A DNA stretch of 32,000 bases from Candidatus Iainarchaeum sp. (lineage in GTDB: Archaea > Iainarchaeota > Iainarchaeia > Iainarchaeales > 0-14-0-20-30-16), in assembly GCA_028710695.1 (NCBI GenBank), contig JAQTTP010000005.1, forward strand, positions 30,981 to 62,980, given 5' to 3'. Below are positions 1 to 10,090 of the stretch, one piece after another. Made by a program: the position numbers and the translations under genes. The notes beneath the pieces are model-generated. The model had not been told where the DNA came from. It did not search any database and was given only the letters and a program-made list of their open reading frames with translations. How positions within the stretch are numbered: position 1 is the stretch's first letter; every line of letters starts with the position of its first letter.

Positions 1-882
1 AAACTGAGCTAAATCTAACTTTTTTGGATCCTCTAAAGTAACACATCCAGATCCGTATCCGCCATACTTTCCTTGCAGATAAGTAAGCTTTCTTTCAACA
101 TCATTTATTTTTATTAAGATATTAAAATCATCTAATACAGGCATATTGCCCACATTACAAATATCAAAAGTTAAGGAGTTAATACATTTTTCCTGATGTG
201 GCACAAGATGTATTTTTTGAACAACCAAGTCTGGTGCTTTTTCTATTTTACAAGTCTGGCTACAACCATCTCCTGATTTTACACCGCCATCATCGCATTG
301 CTCACCATCATCTACAACCCCATTTCCGCAGAGCCCTGGAATACAAGTGCCTTTATAACAAATATAACTATCTCCGTAGTCTTTACAGTCTTTTGAAATA
401 TATGTCGGCCAATATTCAAGAAATACGTATTTTTTTTCTACGCCATCTTCAATTATTTTTTTACAATTAGCTTCATAAAGAACAGAACTACTTTTACAAT
501 AATCCGCTATTACTTTACAGCCCTTTTTTGCAGTAGTTAACCCATTGTCATAATAATTAAAGTCTTTAAGAGCATAACCAAAGGCCTTGTCTTTGCTCAA
601 ATAGCTTGTGCCATTATCTTTACAGGCAAAGGAAACATTATTTTCCTCTGCTTTTTCTTGAAGATATGTACAAAAAGAATCATCTGCAACAGTTACATCA
701 GAAACTATTCTACTTATTGCAATTGGATTAGTTACTTTTGTGAGGTCTTTCATCTTATTGTGATCTATAACTGGAATAAAAATATAGCTTTGTTTTACAG
801 TAAAAGAACTTAAAAATCCGAAGGCAAATATTCCTACAACTACAAGCAAAATAAGCAAGAACCCAAAATAGCCTTTATGCAA
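1..882 (-). CDS. Secreted/surface protein, N-terminal part (DUF4215-like Cys-rich repeat followed by CARDB-like domain); truncated by left window edge
   Basis: Open minus-strand frame from a TTG at 882 (GAGGG a few nt upstream) to the window edge, absent from the ORF track. Translation LHKGYFGFLLILLVVVGIFAFGFLSS... gives an N-terminal TM/signal segment, then CGNGVVDDGEQCDDGGVKSGDGCSQTC and PDLVVQKIHLVPHQEKCINSLTFDICNVGNMPVLDDFNI. Confidence 0.75.
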   Translation of the reverse strand, partial: MHKGYFGFLLILLVVVGIFAFGFLSSFTVKQSYIFIPVIDHNKMKDLTKVTNPIAISRIVSDVTVADDSFCTYLQEKAEENNVSFACKDNGTSYLSKDKAFGYALKDFNYYDNGLTTAKKGCKVIADYCKSSSVLYEANCKKIIEDGVEKKYVFLEYWPTYISKDCKDYGDSYICYKGTCIPGLCGNGVVDDGEQCDDGGVKSGDGCSQTCKIEKAPDLVVQKIHLVPHQEKCINSLTFDICNVGNMPVLDDFNILIKINDVERKLTYLQGKYGGYGSGCVTLEDPKKLDLAQF

Positions 883-912
883 AAATAATCCCTCGTATAA
901 TATGAGGGAATA

Positions 913-2751
913 CTATATATATTTCTTTACTTCGGCCCTTATAAACTCACTAAGCTCTTTCATCTCTGGCTTCTTACCGGTTTGCTTTACAATCTCTTGG
1001 ATTATTGGGCCCATCATTGGATTCAACGCAGACTCCTTTCTCTGCTTTATGAAATCTTTGTTCTTTTCCAGGTATCTTTTTATAATCTCTTTTACTCCTG
1101 CACTTAGCCCTTGTCTCTCAAACTTTTCCAAGATTTCTTTTGGGCTCAGGCCTTGCATCTGTGCTTCCAACAGAAGTTTAAAATCATTCTTATGTACCTT
1201 TCCATCCTTCTGGGCATCTAAGATCCAAACAACCTCTCCAATGCTCTCTTTATCAAGCAACAAAGTCAATTCAGCCAAAGATAGAATATCATAAAGCCCA
1301 ATATAACTCTCAAACTCTCTTGCATGATTACTCTGTGCTACCTGCTCAGAAAGCTGTTTATTTAATCCCATCGAGATATATAGTTTAACTCTTTCAGAAT
1401 ACCACCTAGGCAATTCCTTAACTTTTTTCTTCAACTCTTGTGCGCTTATTTGAATAAAAGGGATATCTGTTTCTGGATACATCCTTGCTGCCCCTGGCAA
1501 AGGCCTCATATACTTTGTAGTACCATCTTCATTTGGAGCCCTTGTCTCTTCTGGAACCCCTTTCTTAAGCATCTCAAGCCTTTCAACTATTCCCTTAAAA
1601 CAAGCTTCGGCCTTTTCCCTACTAGCCACAATCACAAAGATAAATCCATCTTTCTCTTTACAGCCCAGTTCTTTTCTTATCTTTCCAACTTCAGATTCAG
1701 TAATCCCATAATTTGGAAGCTCATCACAATGTATTAAGCCACCAACCCCGCACTTAACTTTAATAAAATCAGAAAGATCAGTTGCAAGCCTTTTATTTGG
1801 TTGTAGTTCAGTACCAAGTAGGCCTTTAGAACCTGTAACTTTGGAGCCTACAATTACTTGTCCTTTACTTAGTGCAGTCTTTATCATTTTGCTTTCTGAC
1901 TTTGCTAATAAAGTTGTAAGATCTTTAAGCTCTATTTTAGGTATTGATATTTTCTTGCCTATTTCTAGGATCTTCTCTTGTCTAATAACCTCATTCCTGA
2001 CATAAACATCGATCAAATCTAGTTCCTGAACTCCTTTTATCTCAATTCTTGCTCCGCCTTTAATTGAGATGTTAATATCCTGCCTTATAGTTCCTAAACC
2101 CCTCTTTGCAAACCCCGTAATTCTAAACAACTCACCAATTTTCATTGCCACTTCTTTTGCCTCTTCTGGGCTTTTTATATCTGGGGCAGTAGTGAACTCT
2201 ATCAAAGGGATTCCAAGCCTATCAAGGCCATACCTAACAAAGCCTTCGCCTTGCTCAATAATTTTACAAGCATCTTCCTCTAAGCAAATTGATTCTACAC
2301 CAATTTTCTTTCCATTAACTTCCAAGATTCCATCCTTTGCTACTTGCATTGTTCTCTGAAACCCCGTTGTGTTGGATCCATTTATTACCATCTTTCGCAT
2401 TATGTAGACAATATCAAAAATAGTGGCATTTGTTTTCAATGCAACCTCAAGCACAGCCTTCAAAGCCACCTTATTAAGTTCGTGTGGTGGTTCCTCATCT
2501 AACTCCACCAAACAAGCATAATCTTTGTGGAACTCGTAAATATACTCTAAATTCTTATTAAATTCCTGCAATGCCGCCTTATCAAATTCCCCTTTTTCAG
2601 AAGCAACAGGCCTAAGCTTTCTAGTAATCGAGTATTCATAAGGTCCATCATTAATATTTGAAGGACAAGAGCAGAAAAGCTTTCCCACATCAAGCTGCTG
2701 ATGGCATTCAAGCCCCACTTTCAAGCCAAGTTTAGAATAATCCAAATCCAT
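913..2751 (-). CDS. gatE: Glutamyl-tRNA(Gln) amidotransferase subunit E
   Basis: 612 aa; KVGLECHQQLD...GKLFCSCPS N-terminus, IFDIVYIMRKMVINGSNTTGFQRT, and a C-terminal GatB/Yqey-like tail. This is the archaea-specific GatE family. Confidence 0.95.
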   Translation of the reverse strand: MDLDYSKLGLKVGLECHQQLDVGKLFCSCPSNINDGPYEYSITRKLRPVASEKGEFDKAALQEFNKNLEYIYEFHKDYACLVELDEEPPHELNKVALKAVLEVALKTNATIFDIVYIMRKMVINGSNTTGFQRTMQVAKDGILEVNGKKIGVESICLEEDACKIIEQGEGFVRYGLDRLGIPLIEFTTAPDIKSPEEAKEVAMKIGELFRITGFAKRGLGTIRQDINISIKGGARIEIKGVQELDLIDVYVRNEVIRQEKILEIGKKISIPKIELKDLTTLLAKSESKMIKTALSKGQVIVGSKVTGSKGLLGTELQPNKRLATDLSDFIKVKCGVGGLIHCDELPNYGITESEVGKIRKELGCKEKDGFIFVIVASREKAEACFKGIVERLEMLKKGVPEETRAPNEDGTTKYMRPLPGAARMYPETDIPFIQISAQELKKKVKELPRWYSERVKLYISMGLNKQLSEQVAQSNHAREFESYIGLYDILSLAELTLLLDKESIGEVVWILDAQKDGKVHKNDFKLLLEAQMQGLSPKEILEKFERQGLSAGVKEIIKRYLEKNKDFIKQRKESALNPMMGPIIQEIVKQTGKKPEMKELSEFIRAEVKKYI

Positions 2752-2817
2752 GAAGATCCCATTTAAAATAAATATATAACAGAAGAGCAGATTTTTTTAT
2801 ATTTGTATGTCAAAAAC

Positions 2818-3885
2818 TTAAAACAGGGACTTAATTATTTTTTCTCCTGTTTTTCCGTCACCAAAAGGATTTTTCCAGGGTTTTATTTTCTTGTTGTAAT
2901 TATTATACCCACTAATAAATTTAGTATAATCTGATCCCACAAGTTTTGCAGCACCAACATCTAATGCCTGGGGCCTTTCGGTGTTCTCCCTTAATACCAA
3001 ACAAGGCACGCCAAGAATACATGTTTCCTCTTGTATCCCCCCAGAATCAGTAAGAATGATTTTTGCATTTTTCATTAAAGCAAGGCCATCTAAATAACTT
3101 ACCGGATCCACAAAAACTATTCCCTTTCCAGGTTTTAAGTTATACTTCTCAAGATTACTTTTTGTTCTTGGGTGTATAGGAAAAAGGACATTCAACCCAG
3201 TATCTTTACAAAATTGTTCTAAGTTCGCAATTTGTTTACTTAGCGCCTCTTTTGTATCCACATTCGAAGGTCTATGCATAGTTAGATAAACATATTTTCC
3301 CTTTGTTAGGCCATATTTCTTTAATGTTTTTTTCTCATTTACAAGTTTAATATTTTGCAATACTGCATCAACAACAGAATTACCAGTTACAAAAACTTTA
3401 TTCTTTTCAATTCCTTCTTTATAACAAATTTTTGCTTCAAGATCAGTTGGACAAAATAAGTAATCAGAAATATGGTCTGCCATAATTCTATTTATTTCTT
3501 CAGGCATGCCCCAATCATAGCTCCTTAGCCCTGCCTCCACATGTCCAACTTTAATATGTAATTTAGACGCCGCCAATGCTCCTGCCAGGACAGTGTTGGT
3601 ATCACCTTGAACTAATACCACATCTGGTTTTTCTTTCAGCAATACTTCTTCAATTTTTTCAAGCATTTTTCCAGTTTGTTTTCCATGTGTCCCGCTTCCA
3701 ACATTTAAGTTATATTTTGCAGACTTTAAATTCAACTCTTTGAAAAATACTTTATCCATATTTTCTGAGTAGTGCTGATTTGTATGTATTACAAAATAAT
3801 CTATATTTTTATCTTCACAAGCCCTAATAAGGGGGGCCATTTTTATTATCTCCGGCCGAGTTCCAAGTATAAAACAAATCTGCAT
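2818..3885 (-). CDS. wecB: UDP-N-acetylglucosamine 2-epimerase, non-hydrolysing (WecB/WbpI-like)
   Basis: ORF 2818..3942; start probably the internal ATG at 3885 (MQICFILGTRPEIIKMAPLI) with GGTGA upstream. Motifs: VQGDTNTVLAGALAA, HVEAGLRSYDWGMPEEINR, DSGGIQEE. Confidence 0.92.
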   Translation of the reverse strand: MQICFILGTRPEIIKMAPLIRACEDKNIDYFVIHTNQHYSENMDKVFFKELNLKSAKYNLNVGSGTHGKQTGKMLEKIEEVLLKEKPDVVLVQGDTNTVLAGALAASKLHIKVGHVEAGLRSYDWGMPEEINRIMADHISDYLFCPTDLEAKICYKEGIEKNKVFVTGNSVVDAVLQNIKLVNEKKTLKKYGLTKGKYVYLTMHRPSNVDTKEALSKQIANLEQFCKDTGLNVLFPIHPRTKSNLEKYNLKPGKGIVFVDPVSYLDGLALMKNAKIILTDSGGIQEETCILGVPCLVLRENTERPQALDVGAAKLVGSDYTKFISGYNNYNKKIKPWKNPFGDGKTGEKIIKSLF

Positions 3886-3896
3886 GTCTATTTCAC

Positions 3897-5114
3897 CTAC
3901 AAAACATAATAAAAAGGGTGTGTTTTCAAGCCAGTTAAACAATTTCTGGTATCAAATACGATTGTCTGATCTTTTATTTTTTCTTTAGTAATCTGTTCTA
4001 CAAAATTAGAGTGATTTGTAGTTAAAATAATAATCTCTGCCCAAGCAAGGCCTTCTTTTAAATTATTAAAATCACTTTTATCCAACAAATAAGGGTCATA
4101 TACTTTTACTTCTGCTTTACGCTCTTTTAATAATTGAATTATTTTATAAGCAGGGCTTTCTCTATCATCATCAACATTAGCTTTATAAGCCAACCCCAGA
4201 ACCAATATTTTCGCGCCATTATAATGTAAATTATTTTCATTTAAAACGCTTTGAAGTTTGTCTACAACAAAATAGGGAGCAGCATCATTAATTTCTCTTG
4301 CAAGAGGTACAATTTTACTCGTCTTTGTTGCTTCAGTTAAAAACCAAGGGTCTATAGCAATGCAATGTCCGCCAACACCCGGGCCAGGATACAAAATATT
4401 TACTCGAGGGTGCTTATTAGCCAAATCAATAACTTCCCAAACGTTTATTCCCAAATCATTACAAATTTTTGCAAGTTCATTTGCATAAGCAATGTTTATG
4501 TCTCTAAATGTATTTTCTGTTAACTTACAAACCTCCGCAATAGTGATGTCAGTTAAAAAAATCTTGCCTTTTACAAATGACGAATATATTTCTTTTGCCC
4601 TTAGAGCAGAGGCACTATCTAATCCGCCAATAATTCTGTCATTATTTACAAGTTCATAAAGAGTATTTCCTGGGATTGCTCGCTCCGGACAATGAACTAA
4701 GCCATATTTTTTTCCAGTTTTGTCCAAAATCGGTTTGATTATTTTCTTACAGCAATGAGGGGATATTGTTGATTCAATTATTATCAAATTATCATGATCT
4801 AAAACTTTAGAAATTGTGTTAACTGCATTAAGAACGAATGTCAAATCTATGTGGTGGTTTTTTTCAGGAGTAGGAACAGAAACAATAAAAACATCTGATT
4901 TTTCAAGCTCAGTTGTGGGGATAAAATTTCGTGTTTTTTTACTTTCTTCAAACAGATTAGCTAAGCCGAGTTCACCAAAGGGCAATTTTCCTTGATTTAA
5001 TAATTTTATCTTCTTTTTGTTAATATCATAGCCAGTTACTTTATGCCCGGCCTTTGCCAACAGCAAAGCAAATGGCAAGCCCATATAGCCTAAACCAATT
5101 ATTGTTATATTCAT
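3897..5114 (-). CDS. wecC: UDP-N-acetyl-D-mannosaminuronate dehydrogenase / nucleotide sugar dehydrogenase
   Basis: GLGYMGLPFALLLAKAGH, HCPERAIPGNTLYELVNNDRIIGG, ENTFRDINIAYANELAKICNDLGINVWEVIDLANKHPRVNILYPGPGVGGHCIAIDPWFL. WecC-like active-site region. Confidence 0.9.
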   Translation of the reverse strand: MNITIIGLGYMGLPFALLLAKAGHKVTGYDINKKKIKLLNQGKLPFGELGLANLFEESKKTRNFIPTTELEKSDVFIVSVPTPEKNHHIDLTFVLNAVNTISKVLDHDNLIIIESTISPHCCKKIIKPILDKTGKKYGLVHCPERAIPGNTLYELVNNDRIIGGLDSASALRAKEIYSSFVKGKIFLTDITIAEVCKLTENTFRDINIAYANELAKICNDLGINVWEVIDLANKHPRVNILYPGPGVGGHCIAIDPWFLTEATKTSKIVPLAREINDAAPYFVVDKLQSVLNENNLHYNGAKILVLGLAYKANVDDDRESPAYKIIQLLKERKAEVKVYDPYLLDKSDFNNLKEGLAWAEIIILTTNHSNFVEQITKEKIKDQTIVFDTRNCLTGLKTHPFYYVL

Positions 5115-5124
5115 AATAAACCAC

Positions 5125-6627
5125 CTAAATATTATTGACTTCTATTTTTATTTTTTTGTTCATTTTCCCCTTAAAATAATCCAAAATTAATCTCCAGATC
5201 CTATGTTCTTTTTCTATTCTCCACAATATTGGCAAATACCATGTTGTAAACAATACTGCTTGAATAATCTTTACTATATAATAGTTAATAAATCCATATA
5301 ACCAAAAGTGAGCAAGGAACCATAACAAACCATATCCCACCAACCCATAAAAAAATGGAAATAAATAGTTAAAAACTTCCTTTAAGGCCAATATTTTTGA
5401 ACCAAGTAGCTCTTTATATCCAAAATAATTTACAGTCAGGCCATAAAAAAATATAGATAACATAGTAGTATATGCAATAAATACTGGCCTTAGTTCAAAA
5501 AACAAGACTAGGCAGTTTAACAAAACAATTAGGATGATGAATATTGTACTAACTTTTATTAAAAAGAGCTCCTTATTTTTCCCAATATAATAATTTGTTA
5601 TAAGAACCGGGAAGAATAACATAGAAAAAACAAGTATGTTAATATATTCTGTGCTTAATCCATACTCAGGCAAGATAAATATTATAAAAGGTAATAAAAA
5701 AAGAACTAAAAATGCAATAAAATAAGAAAAACAGGCAATTATTTTTGTTGGAGCAATTATTAATTTTTTTAATAAATCTAATTTTGATAAATTTTGATAG
5801 ATTTGTGGTACAAATGGAACCAATAGAGTGTTTATAAACAAGTATATTATACTCCCAAAAAATAAACCAACTGCATAATATCCTAACTCCAAGCCACCAT
5901 AACCAAATAATATGAAGACTCTATCAATTCCAAAAAATATCAGGTACATAAGGCTTAACAAAAAAACCCAGAACCCACCACGAATTAACAGAATAAAACC
6001 CTTAACATTAAAAACAAGTTTTAAGTTAGATTTAACAAAGAAGTATTGATAGAGCAATACAATAATTAAACCTAACAGGGTACCAAAAAAGAACCCCGGA
6101 ACCCCAAATAATTCAACGAAAGCAACAACAAACAGGATTACCACAATACCCTGCAGAATATTTGTTTTAAAGATTGTTTTGAAATCACTCTTAGATTGTA
6201 AAATAACACCAAAAAAGCTACAGTACAGATAAATAGGTATTAAGAATCCAAGAATCAAAACAGATAATCTAGTTGAAAGGGAATAAGACAAAACAAAAAA
6301 GGCAATAATACCCGCAACCATTGAGAGCAAAGATACTAAAAATAAAAATGTAAATGTAAGGTTTGTAAAATAATCTCTTTTTTTCAAATTAGAAAATTCG
6401 TATGTCTGCCTTTTTTTTGAAAAGTTTTTTAGAGAACCAAGGTGAATATTACTTCCATAATCCAAAATCATTTGCAAGGCATTTTTTACCCCAAAAAGCC
6501 CAGGGCCCAATAAATTTGCAACTACTATACCTTGTATTATACCAAAAAAATTAAGAAAAAGCGTTGAAAACAAAACTTTAGAAGAGTTTAAAATAAATCC
6601 CTTTTTTGTTAACTTTTCTTCAGTCAT
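5125..6627 (-). CDS. Oligosaccharide flippase / polysaccharide biosynthesis protein (MATE-like, Wzx-type)
   Basis: 500 aa polytopic membrane protein with about 12-14 predicted TM segments; N-terminal GIIQGIVVANLLGPGLFGVKNALQMIL; located in a glycan cluster. Confidence 0.85.
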   Translation of the reverse strand: MTEEKLTKKGFILNSSKVLFSTLFLNFFGIIQGIVVANLLGPGLFGVKNALQMILDYGSNIHLGSLKNFSKKRQTYEFSNLKKRDYFTNLTFTFLFLVSLLSMVAGIIAFFVLSYSLSTRLSVLILGFLIPIYLYCSFFGVILQSKSDFKTIFKTNILQGIVVILFVVAFVELFGVPGFFFGTLLGLIIVLLYQYFFVKSNLKLVFNVKGFILLIRGGFWVFLLSLMYLIFFGIDRVFILFGYGGLELGYYAVGLFFGSIIYLFINTLLVPFVPQIYQNLSKLDLLKKLIIAPTKIIACFSYFIAFLVLFLLPFIIFILPEYGLSTEYINILVFSMLFFPVLITNYYIGKNKELFLIKVSTIFIILIVLLNCLVLFFELRPVFIAYTTMLSIFFYGLTVNYFGYKELLGSKILALKEVFNYLFPFFYGLVGYGLLWFLAHFWLYGFINYYIVKIIQAVLFTTWYLPILWRIEKEHRIWRLILDYFKGKMNKKIKIEVNNI

Positions 6628-6697
6628 AGATAATTCCTACTAATTAAAGGACTCACAGTATTTTAAATTTAAGCGTTTTTTAAGTTAGTCAAAGTAG

Positions 6698-6904
6698 CTA
6701 AATCTTTATATTGTGCCTAAACCTAGCCTCTGCCGCTTTTTTCAGTGGCCAAACATCAGCAATTAACATATCAGGAATAGTTTTGTCAAGTACAGGAAAA
6801 GCCAGCTCACAGGATTCACAAATAAGGAATAAGCCGCGTTCTTTCACATCGTTTTTACATTTAGGGCAAGCAATAATTTTGAGAAGTTTTTTTGGCACAG
6901 CCAT
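6698..6904 (-). CDS. Trm112-family small zinc protein
   Basis: 68 aa; CPKC...CESC pair with PKKLLKIIACPKCKNDV...LICESCELAFPVLDKTIPDMLI; AGTGAT ribosome-binding motif upstream. Confidence 0.85.
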   Translation of the reverse strand: MAVPKKLLKIIACPKCKNDVKERGLFLICESCELAFPVLDKTIPDMLIADVWPLKKAAEARFRHNIKI

Positions 6905-6913
6905 AAAATCACT

Positions 6914-7603
6914 TTATTTTTTTTGCACCTTTAATATTATTGTTGACCTAAAACGCCCAAGTAAAGGGCCCATAAAATTTAAAGGAGTACTCTCAGCATA
7001 CCTGTGTGTAACATACTTAAAACCAGATCTATCTAATAAACGACATAAGGTAAATATATCCCACGAATAAATATGGTCTAAATGGGTCCCAGTATTACGG
7101 GACTCAGAACTTATTGCTTTTAATCTTTTTTTGCCACGAAAAATTTGTCTTACTATTGAAAAAAGTGATACTGCGTTAGGGGTAGAAATAACTAAGACAC
7201 CTTTTTTATTTAATTGTGATTTAAAAGTATCTAAAAATGCCACTGGATTTGGCACATGTTCTATGACTTCTAAAAAAAGAACACAGTCAAAATCTTTTTT
7301 GTTTATTGATATCTTGCCTTTAGGAATAACTTCAAAAGAAAGATTTGGCAAATTAAATGTATTTTTTGCAATTTTTATGGCATCTGGATTAATATCTATT
7401 CCTATAACTTTTGAATTATGATTTTTTTTTGCAATTAATGCAGAGGTAATTCCAACACCACAGCCGAAATCAAGAATTTTATTACCTTCAACTAATTCAA
7501 GAGTATTTAAAATTCTAGATCCAGGAGATAAAAATAATTTTTTAACATGGGCCACCGCATCATTTAGTTCCCATTCTTTTCCATCCCAATTCACTTTAAC
7601 CAT
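6914..7603 (-). CDS. Class I SAM-dependent methyltransferase (UbiG-like)
   Basis: ILDFGCGVGITSALIAKK, IGIDINPDAI, FDCVLFLEVIEHVPNP. Confidence 0.88.
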   Translation of the reverse strand: MVKVNWDGKEWELNDAVAHVKKLFLSPGSRILNTLELVEGNKILDFGCGVGITSALIAKKNHNSKVIGIDINPDAIKIAKNTFNLPNLSFEVIPKGKISINKKDFDCVLFLEVIEHVPNPVAFLDTFKSQLNKKGVLVISTPNAVSLFSIVRQIFRGKKRLKAISSESRNTGTHLDHIYSWDIFTLCRLLDRSGFKYVTHRYAESTPLNFMGPLLGRFRSTIILKVQKK

Positions 7604-7625
7604 TTAAATCATCCTTTTTGATATA

Positions 7626-8825
7626 TTATTTTATCACAGACTTTTTTATATGTGTTGCTATATCAATCATATTCTCTTCACTTAATCCGGGCCTATTTGG
7701 TAAAGATACTGAACATTTCCAAATATTATTTGTAACAGTTAAATCGGTTGTACGATAATTAGTATATGGTTCGCGTAAATGCAATGGCAAATAAACCCAT
7801 TCTGTTTCTATTCCTTTAGAAGCCAAAGCATTAACAAATTTAATTAAATCCGTAGACCGATTAGGAGCTTTTGATTGTTTTGCTTTTTTCAAACTAACTA
7901 CAAATTTCAAAAATGCATGATCTTTTGAGAATTCTGGCAGAGTAAGTTCATCGATATTACTAAGTCCATCCAAAAGAATTTTTGCATTCCTCTGCCTCAA
8001 TTTTACCATTTTATCTAGCTTTTTAAATTGTTCAATTGTAATGCCGGAAGAAACATTTGGGATATTAAATACATCAAATGAAAAACTATTTTTTAATAAC
8101 TTACGTTTTAGTCCATCTTTTATTGCAAAATAAGGTAAAGTATACTTACGGTATTTACCCCGAAATAAGGCCGCCATAGAATCAGAAAGCACATTTGCAT
8201 ATGTTTTATTTTTCAATTCAAAAGAATACTTTTTTTTACTTAAAAGCACACCACCATAAATTGATTCTACCGGTTTTCCAAGAGCAAAACTAAATATTCC
8301 AAAATCCCCATTAGTACCGGCCCCATCTAAACCCAAATACTGAGCAGCATCATCTATAACAAAAATGTTTTTTTCTTTACAAAAAGTTTTTATCTCCTTC
8401 CAATGCGGAGACTTACCAAATAATCCAGGGACAATAACAGCAATTGTATTTGAAGTATAATTATTTCTAATACCATCAATAGAAATATTAAAATCAATAC
8501 CAACATCAATAAACACAGGAATATAACCCGCTTGAACAATTGGCTGGACTACACCACTACAATTAAAAGAAGAAATTAAAACTTCCTTACGCCCATCTTT
8601 AGGAATCTGACCTAAAGCTAGTTGAATCGCGGACCTACCGAGATTTGTTGGATAAGAATACAAATTGGTTTTATTATTTAACATTTTCACCAGTTTTTCA
8701 GAATGTGACCCCTCAACAAGAGAATTTTCAAAAAAACAATTTTTTAAAATACCAGTTTCATTAGTATCCCAATATGGTACTAAATAAGGTATTTTATAAA
8801 ATTTGCTTAATACTTTATTTAGCAT
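7626..8825 (-). CDS. DegT/DnrJ/EryC1/StrS-type PLP-dependent aminotransferase-like protein, divergent
   Basis: ORF 7626..8852, likely start ATG at 8825 (MLNKVLSKFY), just after the upstream stop. NLGRSAIQLALGQI, VIVPGLFG, FVIDDAAQYLG, GIFSFALGKPVESIYGG (candidate Schiff-base Lys retained). Confidence 0.78.
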   Translation of the reverse strand: MLNKVLSKFYKIPYLVPYWDTNETGILKNCFFENSLVEGSHSEKLVKMLNNKTNLYSYPTNLGRSAIQLALGQIPKDGRKEVLISSFNCSGVVQPIVQAGYIPVFIDVGIDFNISIDGIRNNYTSNTIAVIVPGLFGKSPHWKEIKTFCKEKNIFVIDDAAQYLGLDGAGTNGDFGIFSFALGKPVESIYGGVLLSKKKYSFELKNKTYANVLSDSMAALFRGKYRKYTLPYFAIKDGLKRKLLKNSFSFDVFNIPNVSSGITIEQFKKLDKMVKLRQRNAKILLDGLSNIDELTLPEFSKDHAFLKFVVSLKKAKQSKAPNRSTDLIKFVNALASKGIETEWVYLPLHLREPYTNYRTTDLTVTNNIWKCSVSLPNRPGLSEENMIDIATHIKKSVIK

Positions 8826-8829
8826 ACAA

Positions 8830-9537
8830 TTACCTCTTTTTACAAACAACAAACCGCCTGAAAGAAAAGTATTTCAAAATAGGCATACTTGAAATTAATT
8901 CATCCACCATTTTATTACAAATTATTAAGTCTAAACCTTTTTTAAGAATATTTATTCCTACACGAGGAATAATTTCAAAAGTTCTCTCTTCTACAATATC
9001 AAAACCACAAACATTTAGTGTATGTTTTAATTTTTTATTAGATACAAAAAATTGAGGCACCTTAAATCTTTTTTTTGAGTACAAGGCATTAAGGCTATGA
9101 GAAATACCACAGTCCAATATTAACAAACCCCCCTTTTTTAAAACCCTATTTAATTCTTTTATCACACTATCAAAGGCCTCAATATAATAACAAGTAGAAA
9201 AACAAGTAACCATATCAAAATAATTATTTTTAAAAGACAAATTAAGCAGGTTTCCTTGAACTAAGGTTATATTTTTTAGATTCTGTTTTTCAATAGATTT
9301 CGCAAATTCGGAAAGCATTTCTTGAGAAAAGTCAACTGCAATGATTTTTTCTGCTTTATTAGACATAGGCACAGTATATATTCCATTACCACAACCTGCG
9401 TCAAAAACTATTGATTCACTAGTAATATATTTATTTATAAGTTCTAAACGGATTTTATACAATCCGGAAGCAGCTTTCATAGTTTTTGCCATATTGGCAT
9501 AGTATTTTTTAACTTTATTTTCGTAATTCTTTTTCAT
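8830..9537 (-). CDS. Class I SAM-dependent methyltransferase
   Basis: VFDAGCGNGIYTVPMSNKAEKIIAVDFSQEML, FDMVTCFSTCYYIEAFDSVIKELNRVLKKGGLLILDCG. Confidence 0.88.
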   Translation of the reverse strand: MKKNYENKVKKYYANMAKTMKAASGLYKIRLELINKYITSESIVFDAGCGNGIYTVPMSNKAEKIIAVDFSQEMLSEFAKSIEKQNLKNITLVQGNLLNLSFKNNYFDMVTCFSTCYYIEAFDSVIKELNRVLKKGGLLILDCGISHSLNALYSKKRFKVPQFFVSNKKLKHTLNVCGFDIVEERTFEIIPRVGINILKKGLDLIICNKMVDELISSMPILKYFSFRRFVVCKKR

Positions 9538-10055
9538 TTAAAAAACCGCCAGTACAGTTTAGCAAGTATCTTGGTAATTCTCCCGCCAGTTAAACTTTTT
9601 TTTGGGTTAGGAAAACTATTCATAAGTTCTTTAGGATTCCACTTAAATTTCCAATCGGCGGGCCCTGCTAAATCCAAGCCCAAATTTCCTTCTTCAATAC
9701 TTAACTTTAAAGAATTATATATTAAATAAGAAAACGCATAATATGGACTTTCAGAGTCTATAGATACTCCTTGTATAACCAAATAACCATCTTTAAATTT
9801 ATAAAGCGCAAAAGAGCAACAATATTTATTATTTATAGTATAAATTCCAAAATATCTTCTTTTAAACGGTAACTTAAAGGGGGGCATTAAAAGTCCTTTT
9901 CTTTTTCTATACTGCCTTAAGTTTTTTTTATGCTCATCAAAAATTATCTCTTTAAAGATCAATCCTTCACGAGTACCACGATTAATTTCATGCCTAATAT
10001 CTTTTGGCAAATTATTTAAATTCAACCAATCTTTTTCTAAAACTAATGTTTTCAT
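9534..10055 (-). CDS. GNAT/FemAB-like acyltransferase-fold protein, function unassigned
   Basis: 173 aa; CCSFALYKFKDGYLVIQGVSIDSESPYYAFSYLIYNSLKLSIEEGNLGLDLAGP resembles the GNAT/FemAB core; start overlaps the neighbouring stop, consistent with operon coupling. Confidence 0.5.
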   Translation of the reverse strand: MKTLVLEKDWLNLNNLPKDIRHEINRGTREGLIFKEIIFDEHKKNLRQYRKRKGLLMPPFKLPFKRRYFGIYTINNKYCCSFALYKFKDGYLVIQGVSIDSESPYYAFSYLIYNSLKLSIEEGNLGLDLAGPADWKFKWNPKELMNSFPNPKKSLTGGRITKILAKLYWRFFK

Positions 10056-10090
10056 TCCATCACCAATTATGGGGGGTAACCAATTTATTT

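Noticed and set aside
198-470. Plus-strand ORF of 90 aa
   Set aside because: Antisense to the coherent Cys-rich/CARDB-like minus-strand frame; low-complexity His-rich translation.
902-2359. Plus-strand ORFs at 902..1294, 1438..1737 and 2069..2359
   Set aside because: Entirely antisense to gatE, a strongly recognised gene; no plausible motifs.
7626-8825. DegT-like protein as a degenerate, PLP-lacking pseudo-enzyme
   Set aside because: A lysine is present at the expected Schiff-base position (FSFALGK) and the DDAAQ motif is intact, so catalytic competence cannot be excluded.
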